Part shown: positions 39,174 through 49,804 of the stretch, one piece after another
Position numbering within the stretch: the first letter of the stretch is position 1
Layout of the letters: every line of letters begins with the position of its first letter
Assembly: GCA_965204725.1 (NCBI GenBank)
Contig: OZ242005.1
Span: 800,001 to 864,000 of the forward strand
Direction of reading: 5' to 3'
DNA from: Candidatus Latescibacterota bacterium
GTDB taxonomy: Bacteria; Latescibacterota; UBA2968; UBA8231
Length of the DNA stretch: 64,000 nucleotides
Program-made: the position numbers and the translations under genes
Notes under the pieces: model-generated
Database searches by the model: none
Told to the model about the DNA's origin: nothing
Seen by the model: the letters and a program-made list of their open reading frames with translations, nothing else

Positions 39174-40220
39174 TTATTTTTTCCCGTCGGCCGCAGCCGA
39201 GAACACTTCGTTTAGATCGCCGCTTTCTAGCACCGGCGACTCAGCGTGGAGAAAACAAGCCACCGCCCGCTCGGCCTCCGGCCGGTAAAACGGCGGCGCG
39301 GCCCCACATTGGTCCATGGCTTGGGGGCAGCGCAGTACGTAGCGGCAACCGGCCGCCGACTCCTCGGCCTCTATGTCTTCGACTTCCTTTTCTTCCACGG
39401 CCTCGTCGATCCACTCGTGCCCGGGCTCGGGCGCTGGAATTGAGTGAATTAGCTCGCGCGTGTAGGGATGCTGCGGGTCCTTGATCACCTTCTCGGTATG
39501 GCCGGCCTCGGCCACGGCCCCGTGGAACAGGACGACGATGTTCTCGCTGACTTGGTACGCGGTCGTTAGGTCGTGGGTGATGTAGATAAAGGAGATGCCG
39601 AAATCTCGATGCAGCGTGTGCAGGGTAGAAAGAATGGTCGCGCGGAGCGAGGCGTCCACCATGGATACTGGCTCGTCGGCGATGATCAGCTTGGGCTTTA
39701 ACAAGAGGGCGCGCGCAATGGTGATGCGCTGGCGCTGCCCACCCGAAAGCTGGTGGGGGTAGCGACCCAACGTTTCCTCGGGCCGCAGCCCGACCTCACG
39801 CAGGGCCGTGCGTATCTGGCCGTAGGCCTCGTACTTGGACTCGGCCAACCCGAACTTCCGCACCGGCGTCGTCAGGATGTGATCGATCTTGTAGAAGGGA
39901 TTGTACACCTCAAAGGGGTCTTGAAATATCGCCTGTACGTCCTTGCGAAATTGCCGCTGCTCCTCCTTTTGCAGGTCGAGTACGTTGCGACCTTGGTAGA
40001 GCACCTCGCCCGCGCTGGGAGAAAGCACCCCGAGCAACATGCGGGCGATCGTGGTCTTGCCGCTGCCCGACTCGCCGGCAATGGTGGTAAAGGAGGGCCT
40101 ATCTGCGTCAATCGACAGGGAAAAGTCGCCGACGGCTATGGTCTCGGTACTCGCGCCGAAACGCGGGCCACCGCTGCGAAAGACCTTGCGCAGGTGGCGG
40201 GCCTCAAGAAGCGGGGGCAT
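39174..40220 (-). CDS. Oligopeptide-type ABC ATP-binding protein (OppF-like)
   Basis: GESGSGKTT, YPHQLSGGQRQR, IADEPVSMVD, ITHDL, PQHPYT. Confidence 0.95.
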   Translation of the reverse strand: MPPLLEARHLRKVFRSGGPRFGASTETIAVGDFSLSIDADRPSFTTIAGESGSGKTTIARMLLGVLSPSAGEVLYQGRNVLDLQKEEQRQFRKDVQAIFQDPFEVYNPFYKIDHILTTPVRKFGLAESKYEAYGQIRTALREVGLRPEETLGRYPHQLSGGQRQRITIARALLLKPKLIIADEPVSMVDASLRATILSTLHTLHRDFGISFIYITHDLTTAYQVSENIVVLFHGAVAEAGHTEKVIKDPQHPYTRELIHSIPAPEPGHEWIDEAVEEKEVEDIEAEESAAGCRYVLRCPQAMDQCGAAPPFYRPEAERAVACFLHAESPVLESGDLNEVFSAAADGKK

Positions 40221-41208
40221 CTGCGTTCTCCTCGTATAGCAAACACGACGCCAAGTGGTCGGGGGCGACCGCTTGCAGGACGGGCGCGCGCTGACTGCAC
40301 TCGGGCATGGCCTGGGGGCAGCGCGGATGGAAGAGGCAACCCGATGGCGGGTCCAACAACGACAGCGCGACTCCGGGAATGCCCTTGAACTCGCCCTTGG
40401 TCTCAAAAGAGGGAATGCTCGAAATCAAAAGCTGGGTATAGGGGTGTTGCGGGTTGTGAAAAATCTCCTCAACCTGGCCTACCTCAACCAGCTTGCCGCC
40501 GTACATGATGCCCAAGCGCTCGGCGAACTGCGCCATCAGGCCCATGTCGTGGCCCACCAAGAGCACGGTGGCATTGAGCTGGTGCTGGAGCTGGCGCAAG
40601 GTCTGCATGATTTGCCGCTGCACGACCACGTCGAGGGCCGAGGTCGGCTCGTCGGCCAAGATGAGCTGGGGATCGAGCGAGATGGCCTGGGCAATGCAAA
40701 CCCGCTGCTTCATGCCGCCGCTCAATTCGTGGGGGTAGAGACGGGCCACTTCCGGCTTCAGCCCGACCTTGGCCAACAGCTCGACCACGCGCTCCAACTG
40801 CGCGGCTTTGGGCGGCGGCGGATCGGTCGCATGCTCGCGCATCGTCAGCATCAGTTGCTGCCCGATCCGCATCACCGGGTTGAGCGAGTTCATCGCGCCT
40901 TGCGGCACCATGGCGACCCGCTTGAGCCGCGCCTGCCGCACTTGCTCGCCATTGAGTTGGGTCAGGTCCGTGCCGTCGTCTAAGGTCGCGCTGCCGCCGG
41001 CGATAAGGCCCGGCGTCTTGATCATCCGCAACAGGGCCAAAATCAACGTGGTCTTGCCGCTGCCGGATTCGCCGACTAGGCCAAAACGCTCGCCTTTGTA
41101 CAGGGTCAGATCGACCTCGTTCACCGCTCGGGCGATGCCGCGCCGGGTCTCGAAGTGGACCTCCAAGCCGCGAATGGCCAGCAGGACCTCTTTGTCGGCC
41201 AGGCTCAT
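40204..41208 (-). CDS. Oligopeptide-type ABC ATP-binding protein (OppD-like)
   Basis: GESGSGKTT, YPHELSGGMKQR, ADEPTSALD, GCLFHPRC; real start MSLADKE at 41208. Confidence 0.95.
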   Translation of the reverse strand: MSLADKEVLLAIRGLEVHFETRRGIARAVNEVDLTLYKGERFGLVGESGSGKTTLILALLRMIKTPGLIAGGSATLDDGTDLTQLNGEQVRQARLKRVAMVPQGAMNSLNPVMRIGQQLMLTMREHATDPPPPKAAQLERVVELLAKVGLKPEVARLYPHELSGGMKQRVCIAQAISLDPQLILADEPTSALDVVVQRQIMQTLRQLQHQLNATVLLVGHDMGLMAQFAERLGIMYGGKLVEVGQVEEIFHNPQHPYTQLLISSIPSFETKGEFKGIPGVALSLLDPPSGCLFHPRCPQAMPECSQRAPVLQAVAPDHLASCLLYEENADAPAS

Positions 41209-42062
41209 ACGGCCTTGCGCTGTTTGGGATTGGCCAGCTCGTCTAAACCAGCCGCGGTCATCAACAAGCCGACGAAGATCACGCCGATAAAGAGGATTGG
41301 AATGGCCCACCACCACCACATGCCGCGGATGAGCGCGCTGAACGTGATGGCCCAATAAATGGTCATGCCGACCGTTGGATCGTTTTGCGGCCCCAGCCCG
41401 AGGGCCTCTAGGCCGATCGACGAGAGAATGGCCCAGTTGACGGCATTGGTGAAATTGGCCGCGAGGTACGGCAGCAGATTGGGAAAGAGCTCCTTCCAGA
41501 TGATCTCGGCATTGCTCATGCCGTTGAGCTGAGCCATCTGCACGTACGCTCGCTCGCGCATGGTCAAGACCTGCGAGCGAATGGTGCGCGTGGGCCACAT
41601 CCACGCCAGTGACGCCACCACCAAGGCCATGATGTTGACGCTTATTTCCTCGCGGATCGTCGAAGCGATGGAGACCAGCACCACGAGGCCGGGCACCGTG
41701 AGCAGCGTATCCACGAGGCCGCGGATGACCACGTCGACTTTGCCGCCCATATAGCCGCTCGTAAAGCCGAGGAAAATGCCCAACCCGAGCCCCACCGTGC
41801 CGGCCAACAGACCTATCCGCATAGTCAGCGGCACCCCCACCACCATCACGGCGAGGAGGTCGCGACCGGAGTCGTCGGTGCCAAAGGGATGCTCCAGCGA
41901 GGGCGCTTGTCGCGGTCGCGTGGCCAGCGGCTGGGCCTGCGAGGTATCGACGAAGATCGGCCCAAAGACCCCGAATAACACCACCAACAGGATCATGCAC
42001 AGGCCGGCCGCAAGCATCGGGCTTTCGCGCAAGTAATAGAGAATTTGGTCGAAGCGGTTCAT
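41205..42062 (-). CDS. ABC permease (OppC-like)
   Basis: HPFGTDDSGRD, ERAYVQMAQLNG loop, LPYL, LGLG. Confidence 0.95.
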   Translation of the reverse strand: MNRFDQILYYLRESPMLAAGLCMILLVVLFGVFGPIFVDTSQAQPLATRPRQAPSLEHPFGTDDSGRDLLAVMVVGVPLTMRIGLLAGTVGLGLGIFLGFTSGYMGGKVDVVIRGLVDTLLTVPGLVVLVSIASTIREEISVNIMALVVASLAWMWPTRTIRSQVLTMRERAYVQMAQLNGMSNAEIIWKELFPNLLPYLAANFTNAVNWAILSSIGLEALGLGPQNDPTVGMTIYWAITFSALIRGMWWWWAIPILFIGVIFVGLLMTAAGLDELANPKQRKAV

Positions 42063-42071
42063 GGCTAATGG

Positions 42072-43082
42072 CTAGTGGGATCGGCTGTGGGAAATCCGCG
42101 GGTCGAGCAGCGGATAGAAAAAATCCATCAGCAGAGTCACCAAGCCGATGGACAGGATGAGAATTAGGACCACGCCGTTGATGACCGTATAATCCGAGGC
42201 TTGGATGGCCTGAAAGAGCACCGTGCCGATCCCCGGATAGGCGAAAATCACCTCGACGATGACTTGGCCAGCGACCACGTTGGCCAGCGAAAGCCCCAGC
42301 GCGGTAAGTTGCGGCAGCAGGGCGTTGCGCAGGCCGAAGCGGAAGAAGATCGTGCGGTTGCGCAGGCCATTGGCCTCGGCGAGCGTGATGTAATCCTCGC
42401 CCGAGGTCGAGACCATCATCCCCCGCATCCCCAGTGCCCAGAAGCCGACCTGCTGCAATACGATGGCCAGCGCCGGCAGAATCGAATGGTGCAATAAGTC
42501 GAGGACAAAGGGGAGGTTGAAGATCGCCAACATGCCGGGCGAGTACCCGCCCGAAAGCGGAAAGAGGTTTAGCTTGAGGCCCAATATGTAAATCACGATC
42601 AGCCCCAGCAGGTACGGAGGAATCGCCGACAAAGTCATCATGGGAACCGCCAAGTTGCGCGTAAAGCGCGGCGCCGTCGGCCAAGCCGACAAAGCCCCCA
42701 TGAGCGTCCCCAAGGCAAACCCGAGCAGCACCGAAATGATCATCAGCCCAATGGTCCAAGGCATGGCATTGCCGATGATCTGCCCGACGCGGGCCGGATA
42801 GTTGGCGAGCGAATAGCCCAAGTCGAGCGTAAAGGTGTCGCCGAGAAAGTTGAAGTATTGGACGTAGAGCGGCTTGTCGAGGCCGAACTTGGCCTGATAG
42901 GCCCTCACCATGGCCTCAATACCATCTTGGCGCAAACCACCGCTGGCCGCTAGCTGGCCGAGCTTCTCGCGGATGGGGTCGCGGCCCGTACCCAGCCGCG
43001 GCACAAAGAAGTTCACGCTCGCCGCGGCCCCTACTACGATCAGGAAAAGGGCAACCCTTTTGACGATAAAATTCCAAGACAT
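42072..43082 (-). CDS. ABC permease (OppB-like)
   Basis: FGLDKPLYVQY, DLGYS, EDYITLAEANG, LRNALLPQ, EVIFAYPGIG, YPLLDPRI. Confidence 0.95.
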   Translation of the reverse strand: MSWNFIVKRVALFLIVVGAAASVNFFVPRLGTGRDPIREKLGQLAASGGLRQDGIEAMVRAYQAKFGLDKPLYVQYFNFLGDTFTLDLGYSLANYPARVGQIIGNAMPWTIGLMIISVLLGFALGTLMGALSAWPTAPRFTRNLAVPMMTLSAIPPYLLGLIVIYILGLKLNLFPLSGGYSPGMLAIFNLPFVLDLLHHSILPALAIVLQQVGFWALGMRGMMVSTSGEDYITLAEANGLRNRTIFFRFGLRNALLPQLTALGLSLANVVAGQVIVEVIFAYPGIGTVLFQAIQASDYTVINGVVLILILSIGLVTLLMDFFYPLLDPRISHSRSH

Positions 43083-43144
43083 GAGCAGTTGAGGTGAATT
43101 TTGATTTTGAAAAGTATTTAACCTAGCAAATAAAAATCACTTCG

Positions 43145-44758
43145 TCAATTGCCTCCCCCCTTTACCACCACCACCTCATCCACCGGCAAATCCTCCAGCC
43201 GCCGCACCGCGCCATCGGGCCACACCACTTCCAAGTGCTCCACGCGCTCGGCGCGGCCCACGCCAAAGTGGAGACGCACATCGCTGTGGCCCAAATAGCT
43301 CGCCGCTCCACCGACCTGTCGCACCTGCGTCCGCCCGCCCGCCACCAGCCGCACCCAAGTGCCGACGACTTCCGGTTCGACTTGCACTACGAGATAGCGA
43401 CCAGCGGGCGTCTCATTGCGCAAGAGCGTTGGGCTGTCGTCGATATTGGTCGTGAACAGATCGACATCGCCGTCTTGGTCGTAGTCGCCGCTGATGGTCG
43501 CCCGGCTCGACTTTTGCACCTGTAGCCCGGGGCCGGCCTCTGCCACCGCATAGAAGACGCCCGCTCCCTCGTTGGCGAAAAGCTGGTTGCGCTGGGCGTA
43601 GGTGCCCCCGGCACGGGTGCGGTCCACTTGGGGATAGATGTGACCGTTGGCTACGAACAGGTCCAAGTCGCCGTCGAGGTCCATGTCGAAAAAGCGCGTA
43701 CCCCAACCGAGGTAGCCCACCGTAGGGGCGGCCAAGCCGCGCTCGCTCGTGGCGTCGATAAAGACTCCGCCGCCCGAGTTCAAGTAGAGCGTGTTGGTCT
43801 CGCCGTAGAAGTTGGTCACATACAGGTCTAAGTCGCCGTCGCCGTCGCAATCGCCCGCATCCACCCCCATGCTCGCCTCGGCCTCGCCATCGCCGTTGAA
43901 CGCCACGCCGGCCGCCAAGGCTACGTCGCTCAAGCGCCCGCCGTCGTTGCGGAACAGCACATTGGGCGTCTCGTCGTTGGCCACGAACAGGTCTAAGTCG
44001 CCGTCGAGGTCCAAGTCGGCGGGCACCACGCCCAAGCCGTAGTGGAAATTGGCCGCGGCCACGCCGGACGCGGTCGTGACATCGGCAAATCGGCCGCCGT
44101 CGTTGCGGTAGAGCCGGTCCCGCCCGCCTTCCATGCCCTGCGGCCCGCAAAAGACCCGCAGCCCGCCCAAATAGACGCACAGGTCTGCCAATTCCGGGTC
44201 TTGCAGCACCGGCTCGATGTCGAAGACTACGTAATTGGCCACGTACAGGTCGAGGTCGCCGTCTTGGTCGTAGTCGAAGAACGCCGCGCTCGTGCTGAAG
44301 CCATCACCGGCAACCCCAGCCTGCGCGGTGACCGCGGCAAAGGCCCCGTCGCCGCGATTGCGATAGAGCGCGTTGGCCCCGTAGTTGGTCACATAGAGAT
44401 CGCGCTGCCCGTCGCTGTCGTAATCCCCCACAGCCACCCCCATGCTCCAACTGGAATCTTCGACGCTGGCGACCCGCGCCACAAAGGCCCCGCCATCGTT
44501 GCGGTAGAGCACATTGCCCGGCCCCATGCCATAGTTGGCGTAGGTCGAGCCATTGACCACATAGAGGTCGAGGTCGCCATCTTGATCGCAGTCGAAAAAC
44601 GCCGCGCCACTGCCGGTGGATTCGAGGATGAAGCGCTTGTGCGGGCCGCCGCTGATGGTGGGATGGTCCAAACCGGCTTCCCGCGTCGCATCCACAAAGA
44701 AGGGCTCGGCCCGGGCGCTGACGCCGACGAACAGGAGGGCAAAAATTAGCGCGCACAT
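43145..44758 (-). CDS. CRTAC1-family protein (FG-GAP + ASPIC/UnbV)
   Basis: Signal peptide; DxDxDGDLDLYV repeats; SYLGHSDVRLHFGVG; VWPDG. Confidence 0.9.
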   Translation of the reverse strand: MCALIFALLFVGVSARAEPFFVDATREAGLDHPTISGGPHKRFILESTGSGAAFFDCDQDGDLDLYVVNGSTYANYGMGPGNVLYRNDGGAFVARVASVEDSSWSMGVAVGDYDSDGQRDLYVTNYGANALYRNRGDGAFAAVTAQAGVAGDGFSTSAAFFDYDQDGDLDLYVANYVVFDIEPVLQDPELADLCVYLGGLRVFCGPQGMEGGRDRLYRNDGGRFADVTTASGVAAANFHYGLGVVPADLDLDGDLDLFVANDETPNVLFRNDGGRLSDVALAAGVAFNGDGEAEASMGVDAGDCDGDGDLDLYVTNFYGETNTLYLNSGGGVFIDATSERGLAAPTVGYLGWGTRFFDMDLDGDLDLFVANGHIYPQVDRTRAGGTYAQRNQLFANEGAGVFYAVAEAGPGLQVQKSSRATISGDYDQDGDVDLFTTNIDDSPTLLRNETPAGRYLVVQVEPEVVGTWVRLVAGGRTQVRQVGGAASYLGHSDVRLHFGVGRAERVEHLEVVWPDGAVRRLEDLPVDEVVVVKGGGN

Positions 44759-45421
44759 TTAGCGGGCGCAGCGGAAGCCTATGGTATTGCCCTTGATGTA
44801 CGAATGCGAGTCCTTGGTGTTGGTCCGCTTGTTGCACTGGGTCAAGGTGGGGCCGTTGATCCACGATCCCCCGCGCAGAAACTGCATTTTCTCGCCACCT
44901 TGCGTCCACTCCCACACATTGCCGCCCATATCCAAGAGTCCAAAGGGGCTCGCTCCCTTCGGAAAGGACCCCACCGGCGCGGTCCGCCCGTACCCGTCCT
45001 TGTCGCCGAAGATATTGGCGCGTCCCTCTGCAAAGTCCGCTCCCCACGGGTACTTGCGCGCTTCGGCCCCCGCGCAGGCGAACTGCCATTCCTCCTCGGT
45101 CGGCAGACGCTTGCCCGCCCACTCGCAATAGGCCACAGCCCCGTACCACGACACCTCAATGACCGGATGCCGCGCAAATCCCTCTTTGACCTTATACGCG
45201 CCTTCCTGCTCCACGAGTGCCGTATATCGGCTCCCCAGTTCCACCCAGTATATGCCTTCCACTTTGGCGTTGCCCTTTGCGGTCAAAAACGCGGCGTACT
45301 CCTCGTTGGTCACTTCGTACTTATCTAGGTAAAACCTGTGCTTCTCCCCCTCGATCGCGACCATCTCCCCGTCTGCGGCCGCAACGGCCACCCACAACGC
45401 GATTCCGCAAAGCACCCGCAT
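44759..45421 (-). CDS. FGE-sulfatase (SUMF1)-domain protein, secreted
   Basis: KYEVTN, HPVIEVSW, KRLPTEEEW, DMGGNVWEW, RGGSW, GFRCA. Confidence 0.9.
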   Translation of the reverse strand: MRVLCGIALWVAVAAADGEMVAIEGEKHRFYLDKYEVTNEEYAAFLTAKGNAKVEGIYWVELGSRYTALVEQEGAYKVKEGFARHPVIEVSWYGAVAYCEWAGKRLPTEEEWQFACAGAEARKYPWGADFAEGRANIFGDKDGYGRTAPVGSFPKGASPFGLLDMGGNVWEWTQGGEKMQFLRGGSWINGPTLTQCNKRTNTKDSHSYIKGNTIGFRCAR

Positions 45422-46290
45422 CACTTCTGCTCCGGTCCATCGAGCGCGTATTCCCACACCATTTTGGCAAACCCGTCCTCGGCCAAACTCGGTCCAATCC
45501 GCACGTCCTCCCCGGCCACGGCCGCCTGTACCTCGGCCTTGGCATTCCCCAGTAACACCCCCGTCCCGGCCGCGCGCAACATGGGCAAGTCGTTGTCCGC
45601 GTCCCCGATCGCCAAGGCGCGCTCGGCGCACCCGCCCACCCGCTCGGCCAGCGTCCGCAAGGCCACGCCCTTATCCACGCCCCGGCGCATAAACTCCACC
45701 CGATCGGGCAGCGCCCACGCCGCATAAATCTGATCGCCGCACAACGCCTCAATGTCGGCGATGTGCTGCGCCCGTCGCTTGGGTTCGACCTCCAGCATGA
45801 GCTTGGGCGGTGCGCCCAACTCGCCGCGCTGGCAGCGCACGTATAAATCCATGTCGAGCACCATGCCCGGCCCGCCGAGCGCTTCGAGGTGGTCGATGGG
45901 CCGGACGTGTCGGTACTCTTCGGCGATTCCAGCGACCGTGCGTTCAAATAGGCAGTAGATCAGGTTTAGCCCCTCGGCGCGGCCGTATTCGACTATCTGG
46001 GCAAAGGACGCCTCGTCCAGCCGCTCCTCGCGCAACACCGCGCGCTTTGCCCCCTCGCCCGGCCCGAGTATCACCGAGCCGTTGTAGCCGGCCATGTAGA
46101 GTGCCCGCGCCAAGGCGGGATGGGCCGCAAAACAGTGTTCGGTGCGGAGCATGCTGCGGCCGCTGATGCTCGCTACGGGGATGCCGCGCCCAATCAATTC
46201 CTCGATAGCTGCCGCGGCCGAAGCCGCCAACCGCCCTTCTGAGTCGAGCACCGTGCCATCGAGGTCAAAAGCTACTAGGTCGATCATCAT
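45421..46290 (-). CDS. Cof-type HAD hydrolase
   Basis: FDLDGTV, SGR, YNGS, GVDKG, IGDADNDLPML; GGAGG RBS. Confidence 0.9.
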   Translation of the reverse strand: MMIDLVAFDLDGTVLDSEGRLAASAAAAIEELIGRGIPVASISGRSMLRTEHCFAAHPALARALYMAGYNGSVILGPGEGAKRAVLREERLDEASFAQIVEYGRAEGLNLIYCLFERTVAGIAEEYRHVRPIDHLEALGGPGMVLDMDLYVRCQRGELGAPPKLMLEVEPKRRAQHIADIEALCGDQIYAAWALPDRVEFMRRGVDKGVALRTLAERVGGCAERALAIGDADNDLPMLRAAGTGVLLGNAKAEVQAAVAGEDVRIGPSLAEDGFAKMVWEYALDGPEQK

Positions 46291-47645
46291 TCCTCCTGTT
46301 GCAAAATTTGCCGGCGCGAGCGCACATGCGCCAACCGCTGTGCCTCGCGCTCGTCGCCCTCGGCCAAAGCAGCGTACGTACGCCACTCGGCCCGCGCCCG
46401 CTCGGGATCTAATTTTTCTAAGGTCGAGGCGAGATGGAAACGCCACAGTGCCCGCTCCGGTTCGAGCCGGACGGCCTCTTCGCCAGCCTGCACGGCCGCG
46501 GCGAGCAAGCCCAACTGCCGATAGACGTCGCCTAGCGACGCAAAAAGCTCGGCGTGGTGTGGATGCGCGACCGTGGCTTGTTTGAACACCTGCACGGCCG
46601 TGCGCAGCCGCCGCTGATGCACGTACAAACCGCCCAACTTCAGGGCCGCGTCCCCTTCCGCGCCGCCCAACGCAATCGCCGCCTTAAACGCCTCTTCGGC
46701 CGCGGCGAGCGCGCCCGTGCGGCTGTGGACGATGCCGATACTCACTTGGACCGCCGCATCCCCGGGCTGTCGATTCGCCAGTTCGCCAAACGCGGCGAGT
46801 GCCGAGTCTAGCCGCCCGGCCGCGCTGTGGATCAAGCCGAGATAGCGATAGACCGGGTGCAAATCGGGATCGGCGGCCCGCGCCCGTTCAAACTGCGCCA
46901 AGGCACCGACGCCGTCCCCCTCCTCCCACAGCAGCCGCCCCAGCTCGTAGTGCAAGACAGCTTCCTCGCTGTCCCCGGCCAAACCTTCGACGAGCGTGGC
47001 GCGGGCGCGTTCCCATTGACCCGCCTCTCTGTAGAGCGCGGCGAGATCGGCCCGGATCCCCGTGTCTTTGGGCGCGGCATCGAGCACCTGCTGCATCAGC
47101 GTCCGCGCCTGTTCGGCCTGCCCCAACCGCACCTCTACGCGCGCTAGGTGGTAGCGCACCTCGGCCTGCTCGGGCGCAAGCTGTAGGGATGCGCGATAGG
47201 CCGCCTGCGCCGCGTGGAGGTTTTCCCGCAAGTGCCCTAGCGCCTGATAGGCGTGGCCCAGCCGTGCGTAAATCTGCGCCGACTGCTCGCCCCGGCGCAC
47301 CGCGTCCTGATAGGCGCGTAACGCCCCGCTATAGCGGCCTTGCGCGGCGAGGCTAAACCCCAGTTCGGCGTAGGCCCGCCCGTCGTCGGGGTGTGCTTCC
47401 ACGAGGCTGCGGTAGAGCGTTGTCGCGTCTTCGTACGCACCGCGCGCCACGTAGAGCGCGGCCAAGAGTGCCGGATCGAGTGCCTGCGCCCGCTCGGCGA
47501 GCCGCTCGGCCTGTGCCAATTCGGCCGGACTCAAGCTCCGCAGCGGCCTACCGCCGATCAGCTCCTGCGCTTGGCGCTGCGCGGTTGGCGCGTCCGGCGC
47601 GGTCGCGCACCCGGCCAACAAAAGCGCCGCGGTCAGCCCCTTCAC
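46287..47645 (-). CDS. TPR-repeat lipoprotein
   Basis: LLLAGC lipobox; many TPR units (AYAELG, YHLA, HYELG, YRYLG). Confidence 0.85.
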   Translation of the reverse strand: MKGLTAALLLAGCATAPDAPTAQRQAQELIGGRPLRSLSPAELAQAERLAERAQALDPALLAALYVARGAYEDATTLYRSLVEAHPDDGRAYAELGFSLAAQGRYSGALRAYQDAVRRGEQSAQIYARLGHAYQALGHLRENLHAAQAAYRASLQLAPEQAEVRYHLARVEVRLGQAEQARTLMQQVLDAAPKDTGIRADLAALYREAGQWERARATLVEGLAGDSEEAVLHYELGRLLWEEGDGVGALAQFERARAADPDLHPVYRYLGLIHSAAGRLDSALAAFGELANRQPGDAAVQVSIGIVHSRTGALAAAEEAFKAAIALGGAEGDAALKLGGLYVHQRRLRTAVQVFKQATVAHPHHAELFASLGDVYRQLGLLAAAVQAGEEAVRLEPERALWRFHLASTLEKLDPERARAEWRTYAALAEGDEREAQRLAHVRSRRQILQQEE

Positions 47646-49708
47646 TGGGTCTCCCCCTCCCTGAGCAACAAGTGCTGGTCGGCCTCAACATCCCGGTACA
47701 CATCAACCTGCCCGCTGGGCCACGCCACCTCAATGCGGTCGGCCTGCACCCGTTGCCCCAAACCAAATTCCAACTCCAAGCTGTTGCTGTTGCCAAAGCT
47801 GTAGCCAGACGCCACTTCGGCAAACTGCATTAGATCGCCGGCATGCACCCAGACCTTGGCGCCAATCCCGTCGCGATTGCTCTCGACGCCTTCCAGCGCT
47901 AGGACCAAGTAGCGATTGCCAAAGCCTTCGCTGCGATAGAACGCGTTGGGCCACTGGTCGCCGGGTTGAGCTCCGCCCACGGGCGCGTACAGGTCGAGGT
48001 CGCCATCGCGGTCGTAATCGGCAAAGGTCACGCCGTGCGATTTGCCCAAGTGCCCCAGCCCGGCGGCTTGGGTCGCATCGGCAAAGGTGCCGTCGGCTTG
48101 ATTGCGGAAAAGCACATCCGGCTCGCGCCGACCCATCTGCGGCCCGCCGTTGCCGAGGTAAATGTCTATATAGCCGTCGTTATCCACATCGCCGGGAACG
48201 CCGCTCATCGTGCCCAGCGCGCGCTCCAGTCCGGCGGCTTGGGTCACATCGGCGAAGGTGCCGTCGCCCCGATTGCGGAAAAGCACCGGCCGGTCACGTT
48301 GGCTCGTCGATTTGCCGGCGACGCGGTCGGCCAGCACTACCGAGTACTGGCTCCAGTTGCCCACGAAAATGTCCAGTGCCCCGTCGTTGTCGTAGTCGAG
48401 GACAAACGTTATAAAGCCGTCGATGTACTCGGCCCCTACGCCGGCCGCGGCCGTCTGATCGGCAAAGGTGCCGTCGCCCTGATTGCGGAAAAGCACATTC
48501 GGCTCGGTGAAATTGCACGCGTACAGATCGGGCCAACCGTCGCCGTCAAAGTCGCCCCACGCTGCGCTCAACGTCTGCCCCTTATGAGCCACCCCGGCGG
48601 CTTGGGCCACATCGGCAAAGGTGCCGTCGCCCCGGTTGCGGTAGAGCACATTGGTTGAGTCCCCGGTCGCGCCCGTGCCATTGGCTACGTAGAGGTCGAG
48701 GACGCCGTCGCGGTTGAAGTCGCTCCACGCCGCGCAAAAGCTCGACCCCGGATCGCCCGTGCCCGACGCTTGGGTCACATCGGCAAAGACGCCCCGGCCG
48801 TCGTTTTGGAACAGCGCGTTCACACCGCCGCCAAACCACCCGTCGCGCGTCACGTACAAATCGGCGTCACCGTCGTTGTCGTAATCGGCCGTCTGCACCC
48901 CAATTCCGCCCTCGGGCAGCACCAACCCGGCAGCCTGCGTCCGCTCGGCAAAGCGCGCGCCATCGTTGCGAAAGTACGCCAAGGCGGGATGGCCGATGAC
49001 GACCAAGTCGAGGTCGCCGTCCTCGTCGTAGTCGGCCCACGCGCTGGCGCGGCCCCCGTCGAACTTATCGACCCCCGCTTCGGCCCCGATTTCGCTAAAC
49101 CGCCCGCCGATTGCTTCCTGCGGCACGGCATCGGCAAAGGCCCCGGTTGCCGGCCGCCCTAATACCTCCTGCAACCACTTCCGATGCCAGCGCAACTCCA
49201 ACGGCTCGGGATGCAACGCCACGGCCTGCTGCAAAATCGAGTCAGCGCGCACATAGTCCTGCTGCCACAGCGCGGCAATCGCCGCCCAGTAGAGCGACTC
49301 GTACCCTTGGGGATCGGCGGCCAGTGCCCGCTGCAAATACCCTTCCGCGGCTGCGAACCGCCCCTCTTCGAGCGCCTCTTTCCCCCGCCCCAAAAACGTC
49401 TCCACTACCAAAGACCGCGCGGCCGTCAATTCAGGGTCTAGTGCCGCGGCCCGTTCTAGCAGCCCCACGCCTTCTTCGATCCGCCCCTGCACGAGCCGCA
49501 CCCTCCCGAGCTGCCAGTAGCCCTCGGCCGCCTCGGGCTCCAGCCGGACGCACTGAGCAAAGGCCCGCTCGGCCGCCCTGAGCCGATAGCGCTCCAACAA
49601 GTCCAAGCCCCGGTAGTACGATTCGCGGAACGCCGCGGAGCGGCCGGCCGGTTCTCGGCAGCCGCTCAGGGCGACGATGGCAAGGGTGGCAATCAGAACG
49701 ACGCGCAT
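47642..49708 (-). CDS. TPR + FG-GAP/CRTAC1 lipoprotein
   Basis: ALSGC lipobox, N-terminal TPRs, repeated LFRNxGDGTFADVT, SNRDGIGA, LEFGLG, WPSG. Confidence 0.9.
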   Translation of the reverse strand: MRVVLIATLAIVALSGCREPAGRSAAFRESYYRGLDLLERYRLRAAERAFAQCVRLEPEAAEGYWQLGRVRLVQGRIEEGVGLLERAAALDPELTAARSLVVETFLGRGKEALEEGRFAAAEGYLQRALAADPQGYESLYWAAIAALWQQDYVRADSILQQAVALHPEPLELRWHRKWLQEVLGRPATGAFADAVPQEAIGGRFSEIGAEAGVDKFDGGRASAWADYDEDGDLDLVVIGHPALAYFRNDGARFAERTQAAGLVLPEGGIGVQTADYDNDGDADLYVTRDGWFGGGVNALFQNDGRGVFADVTQASGTGDPGSSFCAAWSDFNRDGVLDLYVANGTGATGDSTNVLYRNRGDGTFADVAQAAGVAHKGQTLSAAWGDFDGDGWPDLYACNFTEPNVLFRNQGDGTFADQTAAAGVGAEYIDGFITFVLDYDNDGALDIFVGNWSQYSVVLADRVAGKSTSQRDRPVLFRNRGDGTFADVTQAAGLERALGTMSGVPGDVDNDGYIDIYLGNGGPQMGRREPDVLFRNQADGTFADATQAAGLGHLGKSHGVTFADYDRDGDLDLYAPVGGAQPGDQWPNAFYRSEGFGNRYLVLALEGVESNRDGIGAKVWVHAGDLMQFAEVASGYSFGNSNSLELEFGLGQRVQADRIEVAWPSGQVDVYRDVEADQHLLLREGETQ

Positions 49709-49804
49709 AGCAAAAACAACATCCGCTGTCTTTTGCCTGCTGTCAATTTCTAGTACGTTGTTGCGTTCCGTTTGCCATTCCCTCACCCATAAAGGAGCAC
49801 CACA

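Noticed and set aside
40204-42759. 851-aa ORF as a fused protein
   Set aside because: The N-terminal part is an off-frame shadow of the permease genes; the ATPase starts at 41208.
44759-45421. True formylglycine-generating enzyme for the sulfatase
   Set aside because: It lacks the catalytic CxxxxC after RGGS, appears secreted, and the sulfatase-like protein has no Cys target.
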